Shown here in pieces: positions 1 to 8,917 of a stretch of DNA of 20,000 nucleotides; position 1 is the first letter of the stretch; every line of letters begins with the position of its first letter. The notes under the pieces were generated by a model. It was not told the origin of the DNA, searched no databases, and saw only the letters and a list, made by a program, of their open reading frames with translations. A program made the translations under genes and the position numbers. The stretch comes from an uncultured virus (IMG/VR IMGVR_UViG_3300036791_000540) (lineage: Duplodnaviria > Heunggongvirae > Uroviricota > Caudoviricetes). The stretch lies in IMG/VR virus record IMGVR_UViG_3300036791_000540. One strand, given 5' to 3'.

Positions 1-338
1 CCGCACACAATGTTGCTCGTCCGCAAAGCGCCATTCACAAATTGTCCACAGACCACCGGGATGGGCAGATATGACGCGGCGTCGGTGTTGTAATCGTTCC
101 AGTAACCCATCCCTCCCAACGGGTTGCCAAACCACAGGCCAGCCTGACTATCACTTCCCGGCAGCGGCCCGTTGGGCTGGTTCCCGCCAAGTTGTCCCCA
201 TAGGATGTTGCCCCCAGACACCGTGGCCGTCATCCGCGCCACGATGGCGTTGAAATACGTCTGGCCGTTGTAGACCGCTCCGGTTGGAAGCGTCCCGGCC
301 ACTATGGTTAGTTGCAGAGGTGGAGCAGTGGTAGCCAT
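1..338 (-). CDS. Partial virion protein (tail fibre/tail-associated), runs off the window edge
   Basis: Not in the ORF track; hand-translated from ATG at 338: MATTAPPLQLTIVAGTLPTGAVYNGQTYFNAIVARMTATVSGGNILWGQLGG... The frame stays open to position 1. It starts just after the stop of the 658-aa gene and is Gly/Thr/Pro-rich. Confidence 0.65.
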   Translation of the reverse strand, partial: MATTAPPLQLTIVAGTLPTGAVYNGQTYFNAIVARMTATVSGGNILWGQLGGNQPNGPLPGSDSQAGLWFGNPLGGMGYWNDYNTDAASYLPIPVVCGQFVNGALRTSNIVC

Positions 339-344
339 GTGATT

Positions 345-2321
345 TTATTCTGTTGTTTGATACAAAGGCGCTGTGCCTGTGTTAGGGTTCACATCAGCCC
401 ATAGCGCGGCGGTTCCCGTGATCACGTTGCTTTTGTAATCCATCGATTCCGCGTCGATGATGTAAGGAGTCTTTGGCGGCGGCGCGATCACGTTGATCCC
501 AGCCATGTCCACGAATCTGTCGCTCGTCTCGTCCGCTTCGGCGATGCCTTCCACTTCCTGTTCTTCCGCATCGAAATAGAACCGCACATTCGAGATCGAC
601 ATCTGCCCAGTCCATTGCAACAGAAGTGAAAACCCGTAATCTTTCTGGCGCGGAAACGGTACGTTGGCGCTGGTCTGCACCCCCTGATAAACATCGTCGC
701 CAGTGTTCGGCCCAGTGTAAGTCTTGGCCTCCGAGATTGTCCGCACCACGCGCGATTGCGGTCGGGTTGCGTCAAATATAAACGGCGGATTGAGCGGATC
801 GCCCATTGCTATCATCGTCATGGGGTTCTGGATTATCCAGTCTGACGCGATGATGTGCTTTCGCAGGATCACTTTGTAACCGCCCCGCCTCGGCGCGTAG
901 CTCACCGTCAAATCGACCTCGCCTTCAACGTTATCCAAATAAATCTCGGCGAGCCGGAAATACTTGTAGTTGCCGTCGTAACCGACCAGCTTCGTTTCCA
1001 TCGAACAGCCGATGTCTTTGCGGATACGATTCAATTGCGTGTCTACGGAATAGTCCGCCCGCGCTCCTGTGACAGCTTCCCAGACGTTGTTCTGGCCGTT
1101 ATAATCTCTCGATATGCAGAACGTCCTTTGTACCCCATTGATCGCTTTCGTCACCCATTGGACTGGCCTCACTCCCTCCCACACAGCGCTCCAACTTGGC
1201 AGCCCGAAATAGCCCCAGTAGGTCAGCACATCCAAAGGCGCTTCATCCATGACCCATGTGTGCGCGTTGTAAATGTCGCCGCTCGGCGCGCTGATAAAGA
1301 GCAGGTTCTCGAAAGCGCCAAGCGCAATGTTCTTTTTAAACCCAGTGGAGATGTTGCCCTTGCTCCACTGCATCTCCCGATCTCGATATGTGATCTTAGA
1401 ACTCTGGAAAGCTCTTATGCCTTCATCGAGGCTCATCAGGCCGTCATGGCTGTACCACCATTTCATGCCCCATTGCGTTGTTATGGCGAAGCCGCCGACA
1501 CACCCGATCCCAGAAAAAAGCACCGCCTGAAAACCCTGCTGCTGGCCCCATTGCGTCCTGTCGATCAAACTGCTCATCAACGTCGATGTCGTGTTGTCCG
1601 TGAACACAAGCAGGTTCCGAAAATCGAACGTGTTAGCCATCCCCGTGATGTTGGCTGAGAACGCCAGAAAACCGCCTTCCTCGAGCAAATCTTCCTCTGT
1701 AAATTTGATCGGGTTAAGAAGGTTCGACGCTCTTACCCTGTTCCCGTTACTCACCCAGTAGCGGTTCCCGCTCCATTCCGCCCACAGTCCTACTGGCGTC
1801 TCGCTCGGGCCGCCGAAAGGGATTTTCTTGGCCGGATTAAGATGTCGCCCGATTGTCCCGTCAAACATTCCAGCTGGAGAAACGCCGTCCTGAATGATCA
1901 GCATCGGCACTGGATCTATGTCAGTCAGGTTCCCAAGGGCGTCCTCGGTCACGCTCTGGATGCAACTGGTGAACACGACTGGCCCAGTTCCCTGAAATGA
2001 CAACTGGCTCATCCATGACCAGTCGCCTTCGAACGGGTATTTCAGGTACAGTATGACTGTATCCACGGCGATCACCAGATATGTAATGTTCTTCTTGTCT
2101 GTGAACACCGTCAGCCCGCGTGGCGCGCCGTAGTGATATGTACCGCGAAACGTGACTGGGATCGCGCTCACCCCGGGGCGGGTTCTGATTATCCCGCCGC
2201 GATTGGTGACGTTTACGCCCCATCGGTAAAAGCTTTTCTGCACCTGCGTCGCTTCCAGATAACTGTCAACGCCCTTTCCCCACGGCCCGTCTTCGACTGG
2301 TGGAAGCAGGGTTGCGGGCAT
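345..2321 (-). CDS. Putative podovirus tail tube/nozzle (DNA-stabilisation) protein, probably a beta-propeller, 658 aa
   Basis: Long ORF rich in beta-strand-type segments and WD-like aromatic repeats. N-terminal 'N..NRGG.IRTRPG' and C-terminal 'ETK...YKYF...EI' segments, size and position after an adaptor-like gene resemble P22 gp10/T7 gp12-type proteins. The function is inferred. Confidence 0.6.
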   Translation of the reverse strand: MPATLLPPVEDGPWGKGVDSYLEATQVQKSFYRWGVNVTNRGGIIRTRPGVSAIPVTFRGTYHYGAPRGLTVFTDKKNITYLVIAVDTVILYLKYPFEGDWSWMSQLSFQGTGPVVFTSCIQSVTEDALGNLTDIDPVPMLIIQDGVSPAGMFDGTIGRHLNPAKKIPFGGPSETPVGLWAEWSGNRYWVSNGNRVRASNLLNPIKFTEEDLLEEGGFLAFSANITGMANTFDFRNLLVFTDNTTSTLMSSLIDRTQWGQQQGFQAVLFSGIGCVGGFAITTQWGMKWWYSHDGLMSLDEGIRAFQSSKITYRDREMQWSKGNISTGFKKNIALGAFENLLFISAPSGDIYNAHTWVMDEAPLDVLTYWGYFGLPSWSAVWEGVRPVQWVTKAINGVQRTFCISRDYNGQNNVWEAVTGARADYSVDTQLNRIRKDIGCSMETKLVGYDGNYKYFRLAEIYLDNVEGEVDLTVSYAPRRGGYKVILRKHIIASDWIIQNPMTMIAMGDPLNPPFIFDATRPQSRVVRTISEAKTYTGPNTGDDVYQGVQTSANVPFPRQKDYGFSLLLQWTGQMSISNVRFYFDAEEQEVEGIAEADETSDRFVDMAGINVIAPPPKTPYIIDAESMDYKSNVITGTAALWADVNPNTGTAPLYQTTE

Positions 2322-2324
2322 GGC

Positions 2325-4334
2325 TCAAGAAACGATGAAGTTTGAGTTCCAACCGCAATCTTCGTCGAACTGCAGCTGGAACGTTTCCCCGGGATTACGC
2401 GCCTTCTGGTCTTCATCCAGAAATTTCATCGCCTTGTCCTCGATTACTTGCGCCCCCGCCGCGTCGGTCTCGAGCGCCTTTAGCGAGCGCACCATGGTGA
2501 TGATCGACAGCCGCGAATACAGGTGCAGCGGTTGCCACACGCTCGTTATTTTGTAAGTCCGTTTCCGATATCGCATCCGCACCCATTTGGCGTCTATTGG
2601 CAGTTTGATCCTGAAATATTGCGGCTCTGTTTCGTCTGGGTAGTAATATCCCAGCAGCACAGAAGTGGTCTGCTGCTGCGCGTCATACGCGTATAAATGC
2701 ACGAAATTGCTCGTGGCTTGCCGTGTTATCCGCTCAATCCGCGCGATCTGCTGGTCACTGTCTATGTCTGGGATCAGTTTGTTGTGATCTACCACCAGCG
2801 TAAACCCGTCCGCGCCGTCCGCGCCGATTATCCGTTTCCCGTTCTGGTCGTATCCGTAGATCCGCATCGTTTTCCCGTCGTCATTAATTGAGTCCGGGAT
2901 CGCCACCAGCTGTGACACCGCGTTAATCGGATTTATCGTGACCACTTGACCGACCGAATCCCAAGCGTGGATCTGGCCCCAGCGGCCCGACCCGCCGAAG
3001 CCATACCACGACCCGAAATTCATCCCGGCCATCCATTGCCCGCCGTATTCGTCCGAGCCCGGGCCGTTCAAATGGAATTCTGCCCATTTGTTCCGCATGT
3101 AAGCTGGTCGCCCGTTTATCGATATCGCCACGGGCGCATCCACGAACCTCGGCAACGTCACGTACCGATACCCGCTTACCACGATGTCGACGTAACCAGT
3201 CAGGCCGTCGTAGTGCCCTTTGGCGCAAAGCGCTTCCAGAGCTGTCGTAGTCGCGTCAAAGACCTTGAATTGGCCTACGTTCCCCAAGATTTTTGCGATA
3301 TCATCGAAAACATCCAGCATTATCACCGAATCCCGGTTGTAAATCTGGTAATTCCGCGCCGCTTGGCTCTCTGTGTTGTTCGCCAGCTCTATAAACCCTG
3401 TCGTGGCGCGCTGCGCGTCCGTGGTTATCTCTACCGCAGCGTCTGCGGACGCTTTCGCGGTCTCGAAATCTTTCCGGCGCAACGCCTGAATCGCCTGCAC
3501 CATCGTCAGGAACCCAAGCTCGCTCTGGATCGGGATGAAATCGTCTAGCGACACGATCTTGAACACTTTTCGACGAAACAGAAAACGCGCCGTTACACCA
3601 GTCTTGCTCAGCCTGAGCATCCTGTATCGCGGATTTGTTTCCTGCGCGAAATACGTTGCCATCAATGTCGGCGGCCCCAGAGGTGTCACTCCAACCGTGA
3701 CTGGCAACCCGTCGTCACCCGTGACAGGTTGCCCGTCATCTCCTGTCACCACTTCATCTGACTCAATCGATTGAGCATAAAAAAGGTTCACGCTCTGTTG
3801 CGTCACGTCTTTGTTGACCTCGGTCAGTTTTCCGTATCTATATATAGAAGAGACCCACTGCGTCGGATCGATCACCAGTGTTTCTTTGCGCTCGACGTTG
3901 TCCAAGGTCATCCCTTGGAGCAGGATCTTTTTCCCGTTATCGACCGTTGACGGCGCTACCGCGACCGCGAACCCAAACGTGTTCGGTGGCGGCGGGATTA
4001 TTGACGTTGGCACGAACCCGCGATCTTCCCACGAGTAATCTACCCGGTCATTCCCGGGCGCGCTCCCAAACCCGTTCAGCGTGAATTCAAAAAGCCGATC
4101 TTTTGAGAACGCTGGGATATCGTCCAGCGTGAATTTCAACGGCGTATCAACTTGCCACGGCAGAATGACAATGTTGTCCGTTTGGACTGGCAGATCTACA
4201 TAGCCCTTTAATATGTCCCAGTCGCCTTTGGCCGCTAGATATTCGCTCGCACGCGTGCACGCCCTGAACACATGCGTCTGATCGTTCGTCCCAAGGTACT
4301 CACTGGCCTCGGCATAAATATCGTTGACACGCAA
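2325..4334 (-). CDS. Virion protein with two tandem homologous halves (putative head-tail adaptor-like), 669 aa
   Basis: TTG start with GAGGAG 7 nt upstream. Internal duplication is visible: AKGDWDILKGYVD / AKGHYDGLTGYVD, FEFTLNGFGS / AEFHLNGPGS, ETNPRY / ETEPQY. Confidence 0.7.
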   Translation of the reverse strand: MRVNDIYAEASEYLGTNDQTHVFRACTRASEYLAAKGDWDILKGYVDLPVQTDNIVILPWQVDTPLKFTLDDIPAFSKDRLFEFTLNGFGSAPGNDRVDYSWEDRGFVPTSIIPPPPNTFGFAVAVAPSTVDNGKKILLQGMTLDNVERKETLVIDPTQWVSSIYRYGKLTEVNKDVTQQSVNLFYAQSIESDEVVTGDDGQPVTGDDGLPVTVGVTPLGPPTLMATYFAQETNPRYRMLRLSKTGVTARFLFRRKVFKIVSLDDFIPIQSELGFLTMVQAIQALRRKDFETAKASADAAVEITTDAQRATTGFIELANNTESQAARNYQIYNRDSVIMLDVFDDIAKILGNVGQFKVFDATTTALEALCAKGHYDGLTGYVDIVVSGYRYVTLPRFVDAPVAISINGRPAYMRNKWAEFHLNGPGSDEYGGQWMAGMNFGSWYGFGGSGRWGQIHAWDSVGQVVTINPINAVSQLVAIPDSINDDGKTMRIYGYDQNGKRIIGADGADGFTLVVDHNKLIPDIDSDQQIARIERITRQATSNFVHLYAYDAQQQTTSVLLGYYYPDETEPQYFRIKLPIDAKWVRMRYRKRTYKITSVWQPLHLYSRLSIITMVRSLKALETDAAGAQVIEDKAMKFLDEDQKARNPGETFQLQFDEDCGWNSNFIVS

Positions 4335-4338
4335 GGCT

Positions 4339-4806
4339 TCACTCCTCTTCGCCAGTATCTCCCATCAATTTTTTCATCGCGGTTTCATCGTCCGATGGCT
4401 TCGATTTCGGTTCCGCTTTCTTGTAGCTCCTTATCGGCCTGATCTTCTGTATGTGCATCTCCACTTCATGCCGCGTCTTGCCCTTGTGCCGACCGTGCTC
4501 AGGCGTGTGCACACGACGCGACGTAACTTTGTGATGAATTATCGAGCGCCCTTCATCGGGTATCTTCGATAACGCCTCGTCACCGCTCAAACTCACGCTC
4601 GGGTATATCGGCCCGCTCGGCGGCGCTGCCCCGCCCCCAGTGGGCATGTCCGCCATCCCCGGGCTCGGCCCTTCCGGTTGCTGCCCCAGATCGATGTCGC
4701 CACCTCCGCCACCGCCCATCCCACCGTCAGCGCCGCCTGCGCCCCCACCCGGCATCGGTGGTGGTACTCCGCCCCCTTGATAGCCTTCTCCGTTTTTCCT
4801 GCTCAT
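4339..4806 (-). CDS. Hypothetical protein, Gly/Pro-rich disordered N-terminus, basic C-terminus, 155 aa
   Basis: ATG preceded by GAGGAGGAAAGA; tightly packed between its neighbours. Confidence 0.75.
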   Translation of the reverse strand: MSRKNGEGYQGGGVPPPMPGGGAGGADGGMGGGGGGDIDLGQQPEGPSPGMADMPTGGGAAPPSGPIYPSVSLSGDEALSKIPDEGRSIIHHKVTSRRVHTPEHGRHKGKTRHEVEMHIQKIRPIRSYKKAEPKSKPSDDETAMKKLMGDTGEEE

Positions 4807-4829
4807 TCTTTCCTCCTCTTTTGTTTGCT

Positions 4830-5444
4830 TTACGGAAGTTCTACCGCCGTAGTCGTCAGCAGCAGCCCTCGGACGCTTCCACTGGCACTGGAAGCTACAA
4901 GTTCCAAGTCAAACCAGTAAGGCGCGCCCACCGTCAATCCCGACACCACGCCGCTAAGGGACAATGGCGTCCCGCTGGCGTTTGGTGATGTTACCCCAGT
5001 CCCGCCCACTGGAGTTCCGCTCGGCGCTGCGCCGTAAACTGGCGGCGCTCCCCCGCCCCAGTGCATTATTGCTTCAGCGTCCGCAACGCTCGCAAGCAGT
5101 GTCCCTGCTATCGTCACAAGAACCTTGCCGCTTGCACTGGGCGTTATCGTTTGCCCAACGCCAAGTCCAAGCATTATTCCAACTGTGCTGGATGTGGCTA
5201 CTGGATTGGCTTGCGCCGTCTGCAAACTGGCGTAAGCAACTACTGCAGCTGCCGACGGCGGACCTATTAACGCCCATGCCGTCGGACTCGCGCTCGTCAG
5301 TCGAAAGTATTGCCCCGTGTCCTGCTGGTAGCTTACACGCCCAATGTCGCCAGCTACAAACCCTGTCGCCGCGAGCCGTGCCGCTGCGTTGGCGTAAACA
5401 AAGCTCTCCAGTATATGTTCTTGTCGTAAGTCCTGATGCCTCAT
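4830..5444 (-). CDS. Putative tail fibre/appendage protein, 204 aa
   Basis: 'ANAAARLA...GDIGRV..Q.DTG..F.LT..SP..W' is typical of phage fibre segments; beta-rich C-terminus; GAAGGAAG upstream. Confidence 0.6.
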   Translation of the reverse strand: MRHQDLRQEHILESFVYANAAARLAATGFVAGDIGRVSYQQDTGQYFRLTSASPTAWALIGPPSAAAVVAYASLQTAQANPVATSSTVGIMLGLGVGQTITPSASGKVLVTIAGTLLASVADAEAIMHWGGGAPPVYGAAPSGTPVGGTGVTSPNASGTPLSLSGVVSGLTVGAPYWFDLELVASSASGSVRGLLLTTTAVELP

Positions 5445-5473
5445 GGTATTTGTCTTCCTTCTTTTTTTTTGGC

Positions 5474-6325
5474 CTATGGCCCAACCGTTACGTTCAACCC
5501 GTCATCCCCTGTTATTGGCAACCCATCATCTCCTGTCACCACTTCCCCACCCGGGGCTGGCGGCGCTTGCACAAAAATTATGGCCGAATTTTGGTAGCCA
5601 ATTTTCGCTCCATACACGTATCCCACCTGTCCGCTATACAAATTAAACTGGAACGGGCTAGCCAACGGTTGAAAACCGCCGCCACTATTGTTCACACTGT
5701 AAAAGAGAGCTACCCCAGTCAGACTTTCTGCCGCCGTCACCTGATATATCGATTCGTTGGCTGGCCCGCTCGTTGGCGCGCCTATACTCAACACCGGGTT
5801 TGGCACAAATGGTTCATACGGATACGGGTTCCCGCCCATTCCACCGCTCGGTGCTGGCCTGTAACTCATGTCACGCCCCAAATAATCCGTCGGGTTACCG
5901 CTCGGCCCCGGGTCTGGCACCAGCCCCGGTTGATGTCCCGCTCCTACGCCTACCGCAAACGGCAGTACCCCAAAGGGTATCGGCGGTATCACTCCCGGGC
6001 CCGCTGGCACGTCGCTCGCCCACCCTACCGTTATTACCCCGCTATCTGTCACCGGACTCCCAACCACACTGAATTGCAGTGGCATCCCCAGCCCTACGCT
6101 CGTTACCGTCCCGAAATTCGCGCAGTTCAATATCCTGAACCCAGCCATGTCCAGATCGCTCTGGGCAAACGCATCTAGTAACGCCGTTCGTCCCATAAAG
6201 GTCTCTTCTACAAAATAAAATTCTTCATCTGTCACCGCAGTAACAATGGCAATAGCACCAACACTGCCGTTCCAACCGCCAGAAGCGCAATCTTGATCCT
6301 TGTTCTTGTAGCCGTTTTCATCCAA
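5474..6325 (-). CDS. Putative tail fibre-like structural protein, 283 aa
   Basis: Contains GTVTSVGL.MP..FSV.GSPVT.SG.ITV.W and GLVPDPG....DYL..D motifs of the kind seen in phage fibres; C-terminal VVTGDDG repeat; start overlaps the upstream gene. Confidence 0.6.
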   Translation of the reverse strand: MDENGYKNKDQDCASGGWNGSVGAIAIVTAVTDEEFYFVEETFMGRTALLDAFAQSDLDMAGFRILNCANFGTVTSVGLGMPLQFSVVGSPVTDSGVITVGWASDVPAGPGVIPPIPFGVLPFAVGVGAGHQPGLVPDPGPSGNPTDYLGRDMSYRPAPSGGMGGNPYPYEPFVPNPVLSIGAPTSGPANESIYQVTAAESLTGVALFYSVNNSGGGFQPLASPFQFNLYSGQVGYVYGAKIGYQNSAIIFVQAPPAPGGEVVTGDDGLPITGDDGLNVTVGP

Positions 6326-6800
6326 CCACCTGCACTAACGCCATGAACCTGTAGTTAGGACTGTCTAAGAGCGCGTTCAGTTGTATCACCAACAAACTCG
6401 TGGACATGTTCACTACCGTGAAACTCAATCCAGTCAGCGGACTCGCGTCTACGAAATTTGTTATCATCGGCCCTGAGAGCAGCAGTACCGGACTCACTTT
6501 CTCTACCGCAAACGGAATTATCATGTCCTGCACTCCCTCCGGCATCGTGTAATTTATAAGTTCTCCATACATCGTCGCCGGTATCGGCAACACCGGTTTC
6601 AACACCTGACACCAACCAGCCTCCGTCACAGGCGCAAATGGCATCCAGTTCGCTCCCATTATTGCGCTGCTCACAAACGGACTCGGCGTCTGTTGTAACG
6701 GTGGCGCTACCGCACTGAACGGCAGGTATATCGGCGGACTCCCATACGGATTCGGCGGCAACGACCTTTTGCCTGCTTTCGCGGCGGAATTTTGTTTCAT
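6318..6800 (-). CDS. Hypothetical (probably structural) protein, about 160 aa
   Basis: The track start at 6839 (TTG) coincides with a TTGACA box, so ATG at 6800 (MKQNSAAK...) is the more likely start. Pro-rich N-terminus, beta-rich C-terminus. Confidence 0.65.
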   Translation of the reverse strand: MKQNSAAKAGKRSLPPNPYGSPPIYLPFSAVAPPLQQTPSPFVSSAIMGANWMPFAPVTEAGWCQVLKPVLPIPATMYGELINYTMPEGVQDMIIPFAVEKVSPVLLLSGPMITNFVDASPLTGLSFTVVNMSTSLLVIQLNALLDSPNYRFMALVQVVG

Positions 6801-6810
6801 CCCGCCACCC

Positions 6811-6839
6811 TTCCTACTACCCACCCATGGTAGTGTCAA
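6811..6839 (-). promoter_or_regulatory. Possible sigma70-like promoter for the structural operon
   Basis: Minus strand reads TTGACA-17 nt-TAGGAA (weak -10); an ACTACC-N7-GGTAGT dyad spans the spacer. Confidence 0.35.
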
Positions 6840-6848
6840 GCCCTTCGC

Positions 6849-7292
6849 CTACACTACCCCTCGAAACATGCCCCACGGCACATGATAAACTTTGTCCGCT
6901 TTTTCTATCCTGTCCTTCCTCCTCTGTTCACTCACACTGTAATATCCTCTCCCCACCACCGCGCTCCTTATATCACCCAAAAAACTTATTATCAGCACCG
7001 CTTTTAGTTCTCTCCCTCTCTTCGCTCGCCTCTCTATCTCCGCCCACATCCCTTCCAATTTCCATACGTCTATCGTGTAATCCGGATATATTTTCCCAAA
7101 CCCGTTCCCCCTCCATTTCACTTCCCCTATCCCTATCACCCGCCCCTTCATTATCTCCGCATCCCAGCCCCACCCCGGTAACATCATCTGCCCACTAAAT
7201 CCTTTCGCTTCACAATATATCCGCAATATTTCAAATTCCCGCTCCCGGTCACTCTTCTTCTCGTGCCACACTTTCTGATCCCGGTATTCCAT
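6849..7292 (-). CDS. Small PD-(D/E)xK-family nuclease-like protein
   Basis: WD...IGIGEVKWR followed by YPDYTI...K matches the D...(D/E)xK catalytic arrangement. Start is ATG 7292 or TTG 7295. The coding strand is extremely G/A-rich. Confidence 0.55.
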   Translation of the reverse strand: MEYRDQKVWHEKKSDREREFEILRIYCEAKGFSGQMMLPGWGWDAEIMKGRVIGIGEVKWRGNGFGKIYPDYTIDVWKLEGMWAEIERRAKRGRELKAVLIISFLGDIRSAVVGRGYYSVSEQRRKDRIEKADKVYHVPWGMFRGVV

Positions 7293-7304
7293 CAATGTGA
7301 TCTC

Positions 7305-7600
7305 ATTTGCGGGAGGGGGGGTAATTTTTCCCTGAAAAAAAGGAGCCGGTTTTCTCTGTAAAATTTTCCCACATCAACACTGAGGGCGCGCGGGGGGCGA
7401 CGTGGTCGGCCATGGCGGGGGGGTGGGGGTGCCCCTTAGCCCGCCATGGGGATGGTCTCCCTCCTTTACGCAGGCCGCGTAAGAACGCTCCATGCGCTCT
7501 ACGCCCGCTCTATGCGCCGGATGCGATCCTCGAGACAAAGCCATGGCATAACATCAGACAATCAAACTAATATAAAGTCGCGTAGCGCTGATCCTGAAGG
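7305..7600. other. Non-coding G-tract/AT-tract segment: candidate packaging (pac/cos) site, genome end or origin
   Basis: G runs at 7311-7321, 7392-7397, 7417-7423 and 7425-7429; A/T tracts at 7322-7370; 10-bp inverted repeat CCATGGCGGG (7410-7419) / CCCGCCATGG (7440-7449); GC skew inverts here. Confidence 0.5.
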
Positions 7601-7706
7601 ACTTACGCAAGATTGCATACATTCCAGACGTTTCCAGACCCCATAGTCGCAACGCCTATGGATCGCGCATAGGTTGAGCCTATCGCTTCGCCGCGAGTTG
7701 TTACGC

Positions 7707-7913
7707 TCATTGCGGGTTGGACACATCTGGTGCCAATCTTGTCCCACTGGCTCGATCCGGCCCGGGCCCAATATTTGTGCGCTCGCGCGGCCCGCGTCGG
7801 TGTGCATGGAAGCGAAAGGCGAGATGGCCTTGGCCGATCCACGAGTTATCGCGATTAGCGATTTGGATGACGTCCTGAGCGGTGAGATGACATTTTGGAT
7901 AGCGAGCTTTCAC
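7707..7913 (-). CDS. Small hypothetical protein, 68 aa
   Basis: GTG start overlaps the upstream stop (GTGA); this is the 3' part of track ORF 7707..7970. Confidence 0.45.
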   Translation of the reverse strand: MKARYPKCHLTAQDVIQIANRDNSWIGQGHLAFRFHAHRRGPRERTNIGPGPDRASGTRLAPDVSNPQ

Positions 7914-8164
7914 GGGTGGAATCGGAGCGGGAAAGGATCGGTAGCGAAAGTGAAACCGCGATAACCGCAATTGAAATGGAGCTGGTCGAGAGCGTGTTGA
8001 GCGAAGAGGAAATCGACTTGGTAAGGGGCGTTGATCCAGTGTGGGTTGACGCGAGGATTGGGTGTAACGCGTTTGGAAGGCAGCTGGCTGGGCTTGTGAT
8101 GGAGACCGAGAGCGAAGGCAGCAGCGGCGAGAGTGGCGCGTTTGATGAAAGAACGGCGGAGCAT
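7910..8164 (-). CDS. Small protein with a twin-arginine-like N-terminus, 84 aa
   Basis: ATG at 8164: MLRRSFIKRATLAAAAFALGL; it follows the 8175 stop closely. Confidence 0.6.
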   Translation of the reverse strand: MLRRSFIKRATLAAAAFALGLHHKPSQLPSKRVTPNPRVNPHWINAPYQVDFLFAQHALDQLHFNCGYRGFTFATDPFPLRFHP

Positions 8165-8174
8165 GTGAGAGCGA

Positions 8175-8378
8175 TTAGCGGGTTTTGTCGTTTTCACCGA
8201 GACGAGAATAGAGCTGGCGCAATTCGGAGCTATATTTCTCGAGGTTCTGGATATTGGTTGTGACGTTGAGCAATTGCTTGGTAACGAAGCGACAGACGCG
8301 GATGACGCCGATGGCATAGCCGAGGGCGAAACTGAACGCGCAGCAGGCGAAGAGGATCATTCCATCGGACACAGTCAT
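8175..8378 (-). CDS. Small membrane protein, 67 aa
   Basis: N-terminal hydrophobic helix then a coiled-coil-like tail; TAATG coupling to the upstream ORF. Confidence 0.65.
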   Translation of the reverse strand: MTVSDGMILFACCAFSFALGYAIGVIRVCRFVTKQLLNVTTNIQNLEKYSSELRQLYSRLGENDKTR

Positions 8379-8548
8379 TATTGTTTTAATTTACGTCTGG
8401 CAACCAATTGGCGAGCCCACGCTTGTCGGCGCTTGATATCTTTGTATTTGCGTGTGTGCGGGCCAGCTTGAGCTGCGGCATAGCGCAGCCACGCTTTATC
8501 GGACTTAGTGTCCCAGACGATCATAGAACGCAGCACGCGCGGGTTCAT
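8378..8548 (-). CDS. Small basic protein, 56 aa
   Basis: Hand-translated MNPRVLRSMIVWDTKSDKAWLRYAAAQAGPHTRKYKDIKRRQAWARQLVARRKLKQ; fills the gap exactly, with a TAATG overlap. Confidence 0.55.
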   Translation of the reverse strand: MNPRVLRSMIVWDTKSDKAWLRYAAAQAGPHTRKYKDIKRRQAWARQLVARRKLKQ

Positions 8549-8552
8549 TTGC

Positions 8553-8687
8553 CTAGTAGAAATCGCCGTCGCGTTCTTGATGGCGATCAGGGCACGAATA
8601 TCTATCGCAAACGGCCCAGATCCAGAGGGCGAGGACGCAGAGCCAGATGATGGAAGCGATGGCGAGGATTTTGAGGAACAAGATCAC
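8553..8687 (-). CDS. Small single-TM protein, 44 aa
   Basis: Hand-translated MILFLKILAIASIIWLCVLALWIWAVCDRYSCPDRHQERDGDFY; GTGA overlap with the upstream stop. Confidence 0.55.
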   Translation of the reverse strand: MILFLKILAIASIIWLCVLALWIWAVCDRYSCPDRHQERDGDFY

Positions 8688-8917
8688 GATGAAAGATTGG
8701 GTTGAGGCGCGTGCTTGATCATGGCTTGAGCGAAATAAGTGCGGAACTGGACAGGTGAAATATCAGTTGGAGGGACGGCTGGATCGCGGGAATATTCGTC
8801 GAAAGAAATGAGACCGCCGGTTGGTTCCCAATCATGGCGCAATTCATTATTAACCATAGCTTCGAGGCTGGATAGGGCGTGCGCGGATATGATCTGGTAT
8901 TGCAATGGGGACGTCAC
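8684..8917 (-). CDS. DUF1737-like protein, 77 aa
   Basis: YQII...LE..VN..L...WEPTGG...YFAQAMIK matches the DUF1737 pattern as recalled; GTGA coupling to the upstream ORF. Confidence 0.65.
   Translation of the reverse strand: MTSPLQYQIISAHALSSLEAMVNNELRHDWEPTGGLISFDEYSRDPAVPPTDISPVQFRTYFAQAMIKHAPQPNLSS

Noticed and set aside
5455..5472. T9 run as an intrinsic terminator
   Set aside because: There is no preceding GC stem, and on the coding (minus) strand it is an A-tract leader ahead of a ribosome-binding site.
855..6178. Long plus-strand ORFs (855..1658, 2946..3548, 4964..6178)
   Set aside because: Antisense shadows of well-formed minus-strand genes, with atypical composition and no motifs.
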